Assembly: GCA_964035575.1 (NCBI GenBank) | Contig: OZ037840.1 | Coordinates: 558,001 to 622,000 of the forward strand | Direction: 5' to 3' | Length of the DNA stretch: 64,000 bases | Source of the DNA: Rhynchopus sp. YZ270_cl-10 | Lineage: Eukaryota | Part shown: positions 1 through 10,648 of the stretch, in pieces | Layout: every line of letters starts with the position of its first letter | Position numbering within the stretch: position 1 is the first letter of the stretch | Made by a program: the position numbers and the translations under genes | Notes under the pieces: model-generated | What the model saw: only the letters and a program-made list of their open reading frames with translations | Databases searched by the model: none | What the model was told of the DNA's origin: nothing

Positions 1-1
1 G

Positions 2-1147
2 CCCCCTGAAGCAGCGCGCTACGCTGGGGAGTATCTAAAGATTTATCCAGGTCAAGTCCTCCTGTTTGGGCTGTACGAATCGATACGGCGTTTCATGTCG
101 TGTCAGAACATTTTATGGCCTTTCGTGGTGTTCACATACCTAGGGCTTGCAGCGCAGGGGGGCTGTCTCTATGTTTTCTTTGGTGGTGAAAGGATAAATT
201 TTGTGGGTGCTGCATGGGCTCAGGTGACAAATCAGGTTGTGTCAGTGGGGTCGTGTCTTCTGTGGGTGTGGTGGGCGCAGCCGCATGAGAGCCGTTCGTG
301 GCCAGGATTTCGTTGGAGCGCGTTTAGGTGGGCGCGGGTCAAAATATATTTGAAGCTTGCGGTGCCTGGGGTGTTCACGCTGTCGGAGTGGTGGTATTGG
401 GAGGTCGTCTGCTTTTTTACGGGGTGGATTTCAGAGCACGCCCAGGCTGCGCATTCTTGCGCATATTTCGTCGTTCCGGTGTATTTTTTGATCGTTTTTG
501 GTGTCGGACTCAGCGCCAACATCAAAATCGGGAAGCTCATTGGCGACGGCGACGTCAAGAGGGCGAGGGCCCTCCGGACCGCTTTCTTGGTCCTAGCAAT
601 GGTTCTTTCCATTTTAATGGTCGCAACGCACTTTGCAGTTCAGGACCTCCAAATCACGACCCTCAATGGCACGGAAGGTGAACCACGTGACCTGGCCTAT
701 TCCATATGGTTCTACGTTGGCGCCTACATCTTCATGGACACACAGTACGCACTGCACTCTTGCATGGCCCGCGCACTTGGCCTTCAAATCTACGTTGCTG
801 CCGCTGTCATTGTTTCCCTCTGGATTGTTGCATTACCTATTTCATACCACATCACATTCTCTCGAGGGATGGGCCTAAAAGGCATCTGGATAATGTTCCC
901 CATTGGTCATACCCTAATGGTGACAAGCACCATGTGCATCACGTACTTCACAAATTGGGAAACAGTCTCAAAGAAAATGCGCAAAGAAGAAGCCTGTGGG
1001 GAAGAGACATCTGGCGTGGTCGGAGCGCAGGATGGAGAAGGGGACGCTGAGACAGGTGGGGTCGAGCTGCAGGAGGTGATACCGCAGGGCGATGAGGTTG
1101 CCTTGGTGAGCCGTTCCTCAACCCCGCCACCGTTGGAGGGGTGGTGA
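2..1147 (+). CDS. MATE family multidrug/toxin efflux transporter (5'-truncated by window edge)
   Basis: The frame is open from base 2 (PPEAARYAGEYLKIYP...RRFMSCQ). Many TM helices, with MATE-like motifs 'YLKLAVPG..LSEWWYWEV', 'IKIGKLIGDGDVKRAR' and 'GMGLKGIWI'. Confidence 0.9.
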   Translation, partial: PPEAARYAGEYLKIYPGQVLLFGLYESIRRFMSCQNILWPFVVFTYLGLAAQGGCLYVFFGGERINFVGAAWAQVTNQVVSVGSCLLWVWWAQPHESRSWPGFRWSAFRWARVKIYLKLAVPGVFTLSEWWYWEVVCFFTGWISEHAQAAHSCAYFVVPVYFLIVFGVGLSANIKIGKLIGDGDVKRARALRTAFLVLAMVLSILMVATHFAVQDLQITTLNGTEGEPRDLAYSIWFYVGAYIFMDTQYALHSCMARALGLQIYVAAAVIVSLWIVALPISYHITFSRGMGLKGIWIMFPIGHTLMVTSTMCITYFTNWETVSKKMRKEEACGEETSGVVGAQDGEGDAETGGVELQEVIPQGDEVALVSRSSTPPPLEGW

Positions 1148-2554
1148 GAGGGGGTTCTTTCGTGTCAACTCCACGCCTTTTTTTTTTCTCCACGATTTAT
1201 GGAAATTTTTTCCTTACACGGGTAGTGTTATTAGAAACTCGAATAAAGCCAACGTTTAATCGCCTGATACCGACTATTTTCTCCTCCCCTTTAAAAATCA
1301 CTTCCGCCAAAATTCAGATCTTATACACTGTTTTTTTGGCTACGTTCAACGAAAATAATCTTTCCCCCTTTTTCTAGTCGAGTAATCAAGATCCGTTGGC
1401 GACTGTAAGAGTCGAGTTTTGTAGAAGGACCTGGTTCTGCATAGGTAGAAATGGTTTCTACCTATCTTTAGCAGTCCACTCACGTCACTCCTTTTATTAA
1501 GCAATTATTGGTGCGGTCAGCAACCCAGTTTGCCAATGGGATTCTCCCGTGCGGTTTAACCAAGGTTCCACCAGCGTTAAAATGACAACCCACCCCGTGG
1601 GGCTGGCATCGTACAGTGGGTCAGTTGGAGGTGCCTGCAGCAAATAGGCGTGCTCTCTCTCTCTTTTTGGTTGGTGACAAATCACAAGAGAGTCTTGTAG
1701 CTCAAAAGCCTTTTGATATTTTTTTTTTTTTCTGTTGGTATCCCCTTCTTTTTTTCGCACATCTTTTTCTTATCTTTCAATTGAAATATCTTAATCTTGT
1801 TTATCTCATGCACGACGTACAAGACCTTGTGCAAATCCAAATGAATTCCCCCAAAATAACATAAGGGTAAAAAGGAGTCTAGCATCTAACACTGCAAAAG
1901 CGTACTCCTTATAGTCCCTCTCTTTTAAGGATCCTGTGAAAGAAAAATCCTGGCTTGCTATTCTAGTGATAGTAGTCTTTTATCAATTTTTTTATCTGCT
2001 ACAGTTTCTATTTTGAAGATCCTGCACCCCTTTTTTATATATTGATGTAAATCACGAAATGGATGGTTGGGGGTTCACGGTGCGTCATTTGTAACCAAGG
2101 TACACTGTTCACGAGAGGGATTTTTGTATTTCAAGTCAATCTATTTTAGATGTGCATGTACGTGAGGCATATTTACCTTTCAAATTTTCTTTTTTTAAAG
2201 ACTAAGCACGAGAGGCTTAGGTTCATCTTATAGCCTTCTTTTTTTCCGTCATACCTTTGTTGACAGCGCAGGGAAAGCAACCCTAACCCAACTATCGAGG
2301 TTTTAGATGAAGAAGAGTTCAGCCTCATAATAAAAAAATTCTTCCACTCATCATTTCTTTTTTTGTTGAACTTGTTTCTGATTTTTTTTCTTTCTTGACC
2401 CAGCTTCTAAGAAAAACAACAGCATAACAAGGGTGATGGTTTAATGTGTACCCACACAGAACCAAATTTCATCTTTTTTTCCCCCCCCTCCCCTTTTGGC
2501 GTACCAGCCCTTTTTTTTTAAAAAATCGGTATCTTTCTTATTGACTCTTAATTT

Positions 2555-2770
2555 GTGGTGCCCATGCGCTCGTTGGGTTCAGCAGATGCCCAGTGTTGTG
2601 TTCCAGGACAGCGTGTCTTTCGTGGATCTACAACTCATGTAACCACCCCTTCCCAAGGTGGGGGTGAGAAGATCTTCAACCTGGAACACCAAGGGGTGAG
2701 GGAACGACAAGGTGACACTTTGTGCTTTCAGCCGGGGGGACTGGCACCCAGGTGCTTTTTGCATCTGTAA
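2555..2770. other. GC-balanced, potentially structured island (candidate ncRNA)
   Basis: Nested complementary pairs: 2583-2589/2761-2767, 2598-2607/2680-2689 (perfect 10 bp) and 2644-2649/2661-2666. Flanks are T-rich and there is no convincing ORF. Confidence 0.3.
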
Positions 2771-3290
2771 CTATTCCTTTTATTCGCCTCCACTGATTTC
2801 TTTTTGCGCTTTTTTTTTTGTTTTTTTGTTTTTTTGTTTTGTTTTTGGCAACCTTCAACTCTTCTCTCATTTGATGTGTGTGCAATGCGGCACCAATCAT
2901 TAAGCCTTCCCCCTCTTTTTTAACGTGGCAACATCGTCACCACGATCTCAAATAAAATGCGTTTTTTTTTTCTCTTTTGAACATGAATTTCTTTTCAATG
3001 ATCCCTACGTTCTATGCTTGACCAATCCTTGCTTTCCCGATATCATTTCAAGCCTGAGACCCTGCTTAAGCCTCCCCAGTCATTGGATGCGTGTGTGGCA
3101 TATTATGGGTACGTCCTAACTTCTCTTAATTGCTTCGTATATGTCCTCCCACTCCAGATCGCTATCTTCATGCACACAAATCACAGATAAAATTACAAGG
3201 CATAGAAAAATGAACAAAAGGAAAAAGATGGCTCAAAGGAACCTCGCCTTCGGGTGGGATCAGACTTCCTGTTAGCAGCATGGAGGAAAA

Positions 3291-3484
3291 TGATGGATGT
3301 GACCTTTGTGCTGGAAGAGTCAGGCGTGTCTGCGACAGTGGAGGTGATGTGGACGTTGCAGTCGGCAAAGGAGGGTGTGTGCACGGCGCTTGCGGTCTCG
3401 CCTGCGTCTGTCGTGATGCGCATCGGCACGCAGGTGCTGGAGGGGACGTGCCGTCTGCACACTGCGTTCGAATCAGGTGTGTAG
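3291..3484 (+). pseudogene. Truncated ubiquitin-like domain remnant
   Basis: MMDVTFVLEESGVSATVEV..WTLQSAKEGVCTALAVSPASVVMRIGTQVLEG resembles the UBL N-terminus of the 7155 gene. It stops next to retroelement-derived DNA. Confidence 0.45.
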
Positions 3485-3859
3485 GTCGTGGGTGGGTGAT
3501 CTCTTCCACAGCAGAGTCAACACGCGGTGTCGATGTGGCATGTGTGGATGTGGGGTGTGTGGCTGTTTCGCAAACTGCCTGAGAGTACAGAACCCAAGCT
3601 TGTGATGGGTGATAGTTTGCACTAATGGTTTGGGCGGGTTTTGTCATTGGTGCGTTGAAGTATGGTGTGTGGGTATCGAGAGAAGTGTGGGTGGGTGGGT
3701 GGGTGGGTGGGCGAGATGGGTGGGAATGTTCAAGCGAGCCAGTCAAGACCTTCCAGTAGTACAGAATGCGTTGAGGGGGAGTGCGCATGGTGTGGAGAGG
3801 CGTGGGGGGAACGTGCTTGTCTGAAGGGTGTGAGTGTGGGTGTGTGTGTGGGTGGGTTG

Positions 3860-5170
3860 GGAGGGATGCTGCGTGCGTGTCGACAGGAGACGAAGAGAAA
3901 CCACTGTGGTGGCTGGACAGCACGGCAGCCTGCCCTTTGCAGCCCAGGGGAAGTGTGCAGGCAGCGAGGGTTTGTGTCCTGGGCGGCATGTTTGGCGCAG
4001 TCTTCTGGAGCCTGCACCTCTTCGCACGCCATGTGTCGACTGCCGACACCTTGGCAGTGATGTGGTGCAGACGCTTCTCTCGCCTTCTTGCCTCACCTCC
4101 CACACCTCATACACTTGGTACGTTGGGTTGGGCAAGGGTCTTCTTCCTTCTCATATGGGCACCCGTCCTCTGGCAGGGGTGCGTCATGCACCCTATCTCC
4201 GGCCAGTGTCGGGACACCTTCCCGCCTGCATGAGTTGGGGACCTTGTCACCGGTGTGCAAATGTGTGTTACATAGTGCCCACATGGAGCTCTTGTGTCGT
4301 TCGTGGGTTGGGTTGGGCAATTGGGGCATTCGCCACTTCGTTGGTGAGAGTTGTGGGGTGAGTTGTGGCAGGCAACCACAGACATGGGTGGGTGTCCTTC
4401 CATGGTTCTCATGGGTGGCTTAGGATGATGAGGGGTGCAGACATGGGGTCCACTAGCGCTGCGACAGACGCTGCCGCCAGGTTCTCTCTGTTCTGTGGTG
4501 TGCTGTGGGAGCATGCCCACAGGGAGGCGTTTACTGGACCACGTCGATCTTGCGTAGGATAGCGCCCTCCCTCTGCTGCGCCTTTTACGCAAAATTGTGT
4601 CACCGGAAACCCGCTTGGGCTGGGAAGACGACTTCTCATCAGGGTCTTCCACGAGCTGGTATAGGCGGTGTCCGATCGTGCGCTCGAGCACCTGGCTCAC
4701 GGTACTCAGTCACCGCAATTGGTCAGTACGAAGGGAGGGGGTCTGGTTTTGCGGGTTTGTGGGTTGACTTTTGGTGTACAGACATCACTGCTCAAACGTT
4801 CGGTGGGCCATAGGATGAGTATCGCGATGTACTGTTGCATCTGCGAGGCTGTCTGCGGTGTTCATCTGCATGGTGTCGATGTTCTCGATGGGGGCCTTTG
4901 CTCTCCTCCTTGTTTGAGTACAAGCATGGTGCCTGCGGGGCACTACTTACCGCGATGACGTTAACGCCATACTGCATTCGATGCCTGTGTGTGCGATATG
5001 GGAGCATGCTGGCGCCGTTCTGGTCGATGAAGGGGGGGTGTCCTCTTGCAATACATCTGCCTTGGCAAGCTTCGCAAAAGGGTGTACTGATCTTACCCTC
5101 AGCTATGCCTTTTTTTGCAGTTCCCTGTCCCTCCTGATGCAGAGAAGGGTTGCTTCGTGCGTGGATGGCC
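3860..5170 (-). mobile_element. Degenerate non-LTR retrotransposon (LINE) fragment, copy A
   Basis: Minus strand 4761->4603 reads, across frameshifts, HKPAKPDPSL/SY*PIAVT/STVSQVLERTIGHRLYQLVE/RLPS.QAGFR, matching the non-LTR RT motif KPGK..SYRPI.L.S..SK.LER..QxGFR. Downstream it has Cys/His-rich 'RTMEGHPP...ECPNCP...GHYVTHIC'. Boundaries are approximate. Confidence 0.75.
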
Positions 5171-5404
5171 TATAGTATACGTCGCTTGCACTGGGGAGGG
5201 GGAGGGGGGGATAATGGAGTAGTTCGTCCGGGTACACGGCGGGGTCCGTACAGGGTCCGTCTCCGTAAAACAGCATGTTAGGACACCCCCTCCTTACGGA
5301 GGATCTTTACTGAGAGGCTCCGTAATTACGGACCGGGTACGTTAAGCGTCGTTTGTCCCTCCTGCGTTGCCCTGACCGGCTGCCGTTTCCGTAGCTCAAG
5401 CTTG

Positions 5405-6545
5405 CGTCCTATTTCAAAACCTGGGTAAGGATGCGGAGGTGGATGAGGAAAGTGCTGTTGCATACTGCTGCGAAGACGCGAAGCTGCTTCGTCCGCTTCC
5501 CCTTGCAGGGGCTATCAAGCACGCCATTGTGCTCGGCAACTGAGCGCGTCCCACTGTCGCCGCACTTCTTGAAGGGCATTGTCGGTTCTTTCCGAGTTAC
5601 CTGGTTGTACGCGTTGGTGCGTCTGCGCTTGTTGTCCACCCTCACAGCTGGGGCCTGTGCTGCCTGAGATGCCTGGAGAGGGGTGCCCTGTGGAGGGTGT
5701 GGGGTGTAGTTCTGACTGGGGAGGGGGAGGAGGGAGGAGGGAGGTGAAGAGAAGTGTGTGGGATGCAAGGTGGAGGGTTGCAGGCGCAGACGTGCACCGC
5801 ATGAACAGGACTAGGGTGGTGTGAGGAGGGAGGTGTGAGGAGGATGGGGTTGAGGGAAGGTGTGGCTGGTACGTCTGCGACACTGTCAGGAGTGTGAAGG
5901 GGTGGGTGGGTGTGGTGACGGCATGACGCACCCTCAGCTCCGTGGCTGAAGAGAAACCACTGTGGTGGCTGTGGAGGAAGGTAGATGTGCGTGTTGTGCT
6001 TTGTTCTTTGCAGTCCAGAGGGGTCGTGTGGTTGAGACCTGCAGGCAGCGAGGGTTTGTGTCGTGGGCGGCATGTTTGGCGCAGTCTTCTGGAGCCTGCA
6101 CCTCTTCGCACGCCATGTGTCGACTGCCGACACCTTGGCAGTGATGTGGTGCAGACGCTTCTCTCGCCTTCTTGCCTACCACCTGCACCATGGGGAAGCT
6201 TGGGTGCAAGCCACGATACGAGCATGGGTTGGGGACCTTATCACCGGTGTGCAAATGTGTGTTACATAGTGCCCACATGGAGCTCTTTGTGTCGTTCGTG
6301 GGTTGGGTTGGGCAATTGGGGCATTCGGCACTTCGTTGGTGAGAGTTGTGGGGTGAGTTGTGGCAGGCAACCACAGACATGGGTGGGTGTCCTTCCATGG
6401 TTCTCATGGGTGGCTTAGGGTGGTGAGGGGTGCAGACATGGGGTCCACTCCCCAGTTTGCCAACAGCGCTGCGACAGACGCTGTCGCCAGGTTCTCTCTG
6501 GGAGCATGCCTATGCCCACAGGGAGGTGTTTACACTGGAAGTTGC
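5405..6545 (-). mobile_element. Non-LTR retrotransposon 3' fragment, copy B
   Basis: Shares long near-identical blocks with 3890-4490 and 9430-10540. Ends in a Cys/His knuckle-like 'KKCGDSGTRSVAEH..LDSPC'. Confidence 0.65.
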
Positions 6546-6676
6546 CTCACACCCGCTCAGTGTGAACCCCTGGTTTATTTGAGGGGAAACGTGACCCACC
6601 TATGCCTAAGGAACCGCCAGTACCAGGGATGAATGCCACTGGAATGTCAGCTTGAGGAAGGTACGGTCCCGGTCAC

Positions 6677-6843
6677 GGGTTGCAGGGTTGCAGGGTTGCA
6701 GGGTTGCAGGGTTGCAGGGTTGCAGGGTTGCAGGGTTGCAGGGTTGCAGGGTTGCAGGGTTGCAGGGTTGCAGGGTTGCAGGGTTGCAGGGTTGCAGGGT
6801 TGCAGGGTTGCAGGGTTGCAGGGTTGCAGGGTTGCAGGGTTGC
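6677..6843. repeat. (GGGTTGCA)n tandem array, ~21 units
   Basis: Perfect 8-bp period read directly. Confidence 0.98.
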
Positions 6844-7154
6844 CAGTATGTGGCATTTTTCTGAAAGATCCTTCAAGTCGTCGGGAGGAGTCCGCCAGAC
6901 ATGCTTTTTTTGCTGCTGTGCCTGGATCAGCGAACCAAGACTCTGTTACAGTCTAGAAACATGGGTGGTTGTTGTCGATGTTTTTATGGAGTGACTTGGA
7001 AGGGTGCAGTGGGGGTTGGGCAGTGGGTTGGACAATGGGCGTTGGGCATTCGGTGGGAGAAACCATATATGGGCATGGGGCACGTGGCGGTCGCTGAGAG
7101 GGGCCACATCGTACCCCCGCCTAATCACCATTGCACAGACGCACCACACAAACC

Positions 7155-8576
7155 ATGGAGGTGTTCATACACCCATTTAACGGCCAGACATGCGTTGTGG
7201 AGGTGTTAGCTGACGATACCGTCACAGACATACACGAGAAGGTGGCATCTGCGGTGGGGTTGGCCGAGGACAGCTTTGCCATGAGTTTTAAAGGGGGGGT
7301 GGTGGGCAACGGGTTTGACGTGACTCAGCTGAGTTCCTATGATACTATAATCTTAACACAGACGAAGAAATATGCTGCTGTTGAAGCGCTGCATGCCTTG
7401 GGTGAGACGGAAATCACTTTAGAGAGACTGACGACGGCACAAGACCAAAGAGTCATCCTCCTGCTTCTGATTGCAGGCGTTGTGAGGCATACGATTCCTG
7501 ACCGGCTGTTCTCCTCCTCACCTCTAACCACCGTAGACCTCAGCGCTTTATCTGACATCACTTCTGTCGGAAATTTTTTTCTTCACGACTGCAGCTCGCT
7601 TACTTCGGTGGACCTGACGGGGTTTGCGTCTGTTACCACTCTTGGCGAACACTTTATCGCAAACTGCGTGAGTTTGATTAGCGTAGACCTCTCTGGGCTG
7701 CGTGGTGTGCGGCATATCGGCAGCCACTTTTTGTCAAACTGCACGAAATTGGCGAAAATTGATGCAACCGGGTTGGACGCTACGACGACCATAGGAGATG
7801 CGTTCTTTTTCAACTGCACATCGGCAGGATCTGTGGACCTCTCAGCTCTCCGTTGCGTCACCGACATCGGCGAAGACTTTCTCTATAAATCCACAGCCAA
7901 AACAATCGACCTCTCCAACCTACAGAGCCTTACTACCATTAAAACACACTTTTTGTCCACCGCCCGATCCGTCGTATCTGTCAACCTTTCCACCAACACC
8001 TCAATCACCGACATCGGACGGTGCTTCCTCTACAGCTGCTCACACATCGTGACAGTCAATCTCTCTGGTTTAAATGGTGTTAACACTATTCAAAAGAACT
8101 TTCTGTCACATTGCGCTCATTTGACAGACCTCGATCTTTCTGGAGCGAGCGGGGTGACGCACATAGAGGAGTTCTTCCTAGAAGGATGCAGTGCGGTGAC
8201 AGCCTTGGACCTCTCTGGGGTGTGCAATGTTCAGACGATAGGCCGAGGATTTCTGTCAGATTGCGCTGGGTTGCTTGCAGTTGATCTGTCCAGTTGGAAG
8301 AATGTCACCACTGTGGGGAAGTACTTCCTTCACAACTGCAGTAAGGTGCGAGAGGTGAACCTAGCAGGGTGGCGCAGGCTTCGTTCCGTCGGCGACAACT
8401 TCCTTCTGAACTGCACCGCCGTGAAGAAGGTGGACCTCTCAGGGTGGTGCAGTGTGACGGAAGTGGGGTGTGGTTTCCTCTCTAGCGTGCCTGGGCATAG
8501 AATCAAGACGGTGGGGTGCAGTGGGATTGTGCGCAGAAAGGCGCCGGCGGTTCTGCCCCCATGTCGCCTCGCATGA
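7155..8576 (+). CDS. Ubiquitin-like domain + leucine-rich repeat (BspA-like) protein
   Basis: N-terminal UBL-like 'MEVFIHPFNGQTCVVEV..DTVTDIHEKVA', then about 13-14 25-aa repeats 'LTxVDLSxLxxVTxIGxxFLxxCxx'. The first ATG is at 7155, after a CA-rich leader. Confidence 0.88.
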   Translation: MEVFIHPFNGQTCVVEVLADDTVTDIHEKVASAVGLAEDSFAMSFKGGVVGNGFDVTQLSSYDTIILTQTKKYAAVEALHALGETEITLERLTTAQDQRVILLLLIAGVVRHTIPDRLFSSSPLTTVDLSALSDITSVGNFFLHDCSSLTSVDLTGFASVTTLGEHFIANCVSLISVDLSGLRGVRHIGSHFLSNCTKLAKIDATGLDATTTIGDAFFFNCTSAGSVDLSALRCVTDIGEDFLYKSTAKTIDLSNLQSLTTIKTHFLSTARSVVSVNLSTNTSITDIGRCFLYSCSHIVTVNLSGLNGVNTIQKNFLSHCAHLTDLDLSGASGVTHIEEFFLEGCSAVTALDLSGVCNVQTIGRGFLSDCAGLLAVDLSSWKNVTTVGKYFLHNCSKVREVNLAGWRRLRSVGDNFLLNCTAVKKVDLSGWCSVTEVGCGFLSSVPGHRIKTVGCSGIVRRKAPAVLPPCRLA

Positions 8577-8759
8577 GAGACGAAATATAATATTATGTTC
8601 GTGAGAGATAGTGCGAGAGATGGTTCGTAAAAAAGAAGAATGCGAAAAGCTCCGGATCGATAAACAGCAGAGAGAGAGGGGTAAATCGATTGATATAATG
8701 GTGTGATTCAGAGGGTGACCATCACACCAAAAAAAGTTTTGTTTGTTTTTGCACTCTTT

Positions 8760-8877
8760 CCACCTGATTTTTACCCCGCGTATAGGCGCGTAAAGGCCCG
8801 TATAGGCCAAACCCCACCCATTTTCCCCAGCCTTTACGCGCCTTTACGCGCCTATACGCGGGGTAAAAATCAGGTGG
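8760..8877. mobile_element. MITE with 38-bp TIRs and 5-bp TSD (TCTTT)
   Basis: ccacctgatttttaccccgcgtataggcgcgtaaaggc at 8760-8797 is inverted at 8840-8877. TCTTT lies at 8755-8759 and 8878-8882. Confidence 0.85.
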
Positions 8878-9081
8878 TCTTTTGATTTTTCCACAAAAAA
8901 ACGAAAGGTGTAGCGGACCTTCAATGCTTTCGACTCCGGGTAAACATGGCTAGCTGAGTTTTAAAAAAACAGTGGGTCGCCCAGAGTCTCCCTATCTTTC
9001 CCCCTTTTTTTGTGACTGATAGTTTTTGGATGTGATCAAAGTGCAGACAATATGCGTAGCGTTTAGGGGTGGGACGGCATC

Positions 9082-9290
9082 CGTGATGCTACTGGATGGA
9101 TTATGGCTGAACGCCTCTAAGCCAGAACCCAGTCTAGAGACATACGTGAAATATTTCAGGGCACATGAGTTTATCGTGGCCAAGTCTAGCTTCGGCGAAC
9201 GGCCACCTTCCAAGTTCACATCCAGACTCCGTGTCTCCAACCGGGTCTATACGAGTCCGAATGGACTGGCGGGCGTAACACTTCGAGGAG
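9082..9290 (+). rRNA. Orphan fragment of the 3' region of LSU (28S-type) rRNA, probably non-functional
   Basis: ggattatggctgaacgcctctaagccagaa (9098-9127) matches the conserved eukaryotic LSU motif GGATTATGRCTGAACGCCTCTAAGYCAGAA. No other rDNA is nearby and the 3' limit is uncertain. Confidence 0.75.
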
Positions 9291-9429
9291 CCTTGTTGTT
9301 CCTTTCCGCAACCCACCATGTGCCTGCATTGCACGTTGCCTGCAGCAGCATATAGGCGCAACACTTTGTGTCATGGAAGTGTCTTTGCTTGTGTGCAAGC
9401 CTTATGATAGTGTAGGGAACGACAGAAGA

Positions 9430-10545
9430 GGGTTGGGAGGGGGTGCCCTGTGGAGGGTGTGGGGTGTAGCTCTGACTGGGGAGGGGGAGGAGGGAGGAGG
9501 GAGGTGAAGAGAAGTGTGTGGGATGCAAGGTGGAGGGTTGCAGGCGCAGACGTGCACCACATGAACAGGACTAGGGTGGTGTGAGGAGGATGGGGTTGAG
9601 GGAAGGTGTGGCTGGTACTGCGACACTGTCAGGGGTGGTGTGGGCATGGAGACGTGACGCGACGGTGGGTGGGAGGGATGCAGTGTGCGTGTAGACGGGG
9701 GAAGGGGGATGTTGGGGACACGCTGGTGGGGAGGGGGAGTTCTCTTCACGGTGCCACAACGGATGCTCTGCACCAAGGAGTACCGAAAGTCCCGAATGGC
9801 AAAGTCCAGTGGAACCTGGACCTTAGCCAGGGATGGACGGTTTCCTCACATCTTTTTTTATGGGGTGTGTGGGTTGGGATGTGCGTGTCGACAGGAGACG
9901 AAGAGAAACCACTGTGGTGGCTGTGGAGGAAGGCGGATGTGCGTGTTGTGCTTTGTTCTTTGCAGCCCAGAGGGGTCGTGTGGTTGAGACCTGCAGGCAG
10001 CGAGGGTTTGTGTCTTGGGCGGCATGTTTGGCGCAGTCTTCTGGAGCCTGCACCTCTTCGCACGCCATGTGTCGACTGCCGACACCTTGGCAGTGATGTG
10101 GTGCAGACGCTTCTCTCGCCTTCTTGCCTCACCTCCCACACCTCATACACTTGGTACGTTGGGTTGGGCAAGGGTCTTCTTCCTTCTCATATGGGCACCC
10201 GTCCTCTGGCAGGGGTGCGTCATGCACCCTATCTCCGGCCAGTGTCGGGACACCTTCCCGCCTGCATGAGTTGGGGACCTTGTCACCGGTGTGCAAATGT
10301 GTGTTACATAGTGCCCACATGGAGCTCTTGTGTCGTTCGTGGGTTGGGTTGGGCAATTGGGGCATTCGCCACTTCGTTGGTGAGAGTTGTGGGGTGAGTT
10401 GTGGCAGGCAACCACAGACATGGGTGGGTGTCCTTCCATGGTTCTCATGGGTGGCTTAGGATGATGAGGGGTGCAGACATGGGGTCCACTCCCCAGATTG
10501 CCAACAGCGCTGCGACAGACGCTGTCGCCAGTTCTCTCTGTGGGA
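9430..10545 (-). mobile_element. Non-LTR retrotransposon 3' fragment, copy C
   Basis: Mosaic near-identity to copy A (3885-4490) and copy B (5680-6500). Confidence 0.65.
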
Positions 10546-10648
10546 TGCTCCCATCCCCTGCTTTTTTTTTTTTTGTATTCCAAAAAATACCCCCCTTGGA
10601 CCTCCATATTTGTTCTCCAATAGCTCCTATTAGGTGGGGTACTTGAAG

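Noticed and set aside
2555..2770. SRP RNA or RNase P/MRP RNA
   Set aside because: The diagnostic helix-8 and CR-I/CR-V motifs were not found by eye.
6677..6843. Telomere
   Set aside because: The array is internal, and its unit is not the TTAGGG expected for this lineage.
6633..6994. ORFs encoding GCRVAGLQ / PATLQPCN repeats
   Set aside because: Stop-free translation of an 8-bp tandem repeat.
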